64,000 nt of DNA. Source: Dictyostelium discoideum. Lineage: Eukaryota. Under the pieces are notes generated by a model, which worked only from the letters and a program-made list of their open reading frames with translations, had not been told where the DNA came from and made no database searches. Positions within the stretch are counted from its first letter, which is position 1, and every line of letters starts with the position of its first letter. Made by a program: the position numbers and the translations under genes. Of the stretch, positions 63,634 through 64,000 are shown one piece after another. The stretch spans positions 1,760,001 through 1,824,000 of the forward strand of contig CM000152.2 in the NCBI GenBank assembly GCA_000004695.1, in the 5' to 3' direction.

Positions 63634-64000
63634 ATACCATAGTTTTTATAAAAAAAAAAATACTGCTTTTTTATTCTTTTGTTTATTTTCTTCATTATAT
63701 TATTATTTAAATTTTTTCAATCTTAAATTTTTATTTTATCATTTTTTAATTTTTTTTATTTAGATCCATTACTAAGAAAATAAAGATTAAAAATATTTTA
63801 AGTATAAAAACATTGATTCTATTTGTTTTTATTTTTTTTATTTATTTTTTTTTAGATTCAAGCGTTTTTAAACTTCCTGTCCATAGATCATTTTTTAATT
63901 ACCTATTTATTTTTTTTTTAATTTTTTAGTTACCTATTTTTTTTATTTTTTTTTTTTTAATTTTTTTTATTTTTTTTTTTATTAGATCCAAATGGAACAA

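Noticed and set aside
62866-63640. Short ORFs 62866..63060- and 63452..63640-
   Set aside because: Low-complexity, Lys/Phe-rich products from poly(A/T) tracts with no conserved motifs or splice context.

Overview
This window is AT-rich social-amoeba-type nuclear DNA, almost certainly Dictyostelium discoideum: long poly(A/T) tracts, (AAT)n/(CAA)n coding repeats, and short introns running GTAAGT/GTATGT to (T)nAG. All gene models were derived by hand-translating the given sequence.

Protein-coding genes identified:
- Housekeeping: ribosomal proteins eS19 and uL5/L11, cobalamin-independent methionine synthase, RNA polymerase II largest subunit with its CTD heptad array, a Pth1-type peptidyl-tRNA hydrolase, and Nse1 of the SMC5/6 complex.
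- Two hSSB/SOSS-B-like OB-fold genes about 28 kb apart.
- A GATA-type zinc-finger gene, a Dicty_CTDC cysteine-repeat secreted protein and a second small secreted Cys-rich protein.
- A TPR/acidic protein and several Asn-rich genes of unknown function.
- A six-exon gene that joins an Asn-rich N-terminus and about four transmembrane helices to a cytohesin-like Sec7-PH Arf-GEF module.

The most structured parts of the window are two tRNA genes that have been hit by tRNA-targeted retroelements.

tRNA-Arg(TCG) locus, 13.6-18.7 kb:
- An internally deleted DGLT-A-like LTR element sits 15 bp upstream of the tRNA. It has 263-bp LTRs, a PPT and a putative PBS; Gag-protease is fused in frame to the integrase C-terminus, and the stop codon is supplied by the LTR terminus.
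- That element has inserted beside a 5'-truncated TRE5-A copy located 47 bp upstream of the tRNA and flanked by 15-bp TSDs.
- Further upstream are a second, divergent TRE5-family fragment with a similar TSD and a half-tRNA fragment flanked by 30-bp direct repeats.

tRNA-Val(TAC) locus, 39.4-48.1 kb:
- Two TRE5-A copies lie head to tail 46 bp upstream of the tRNA. One is near full length but has a single in-frame TGA in ORF2; the other is internally deleted.
- The 15-mer ATTGGTGATTAATCT marks all three element boundaries, and the A-module is present as 199-bp tandem repeats.
- A pair of diverged paralogous ORFs with weak sulfotransferase-like motifs sits next to both tRNA loci; one copy is frame-broken inside a trinucleotide repeat.
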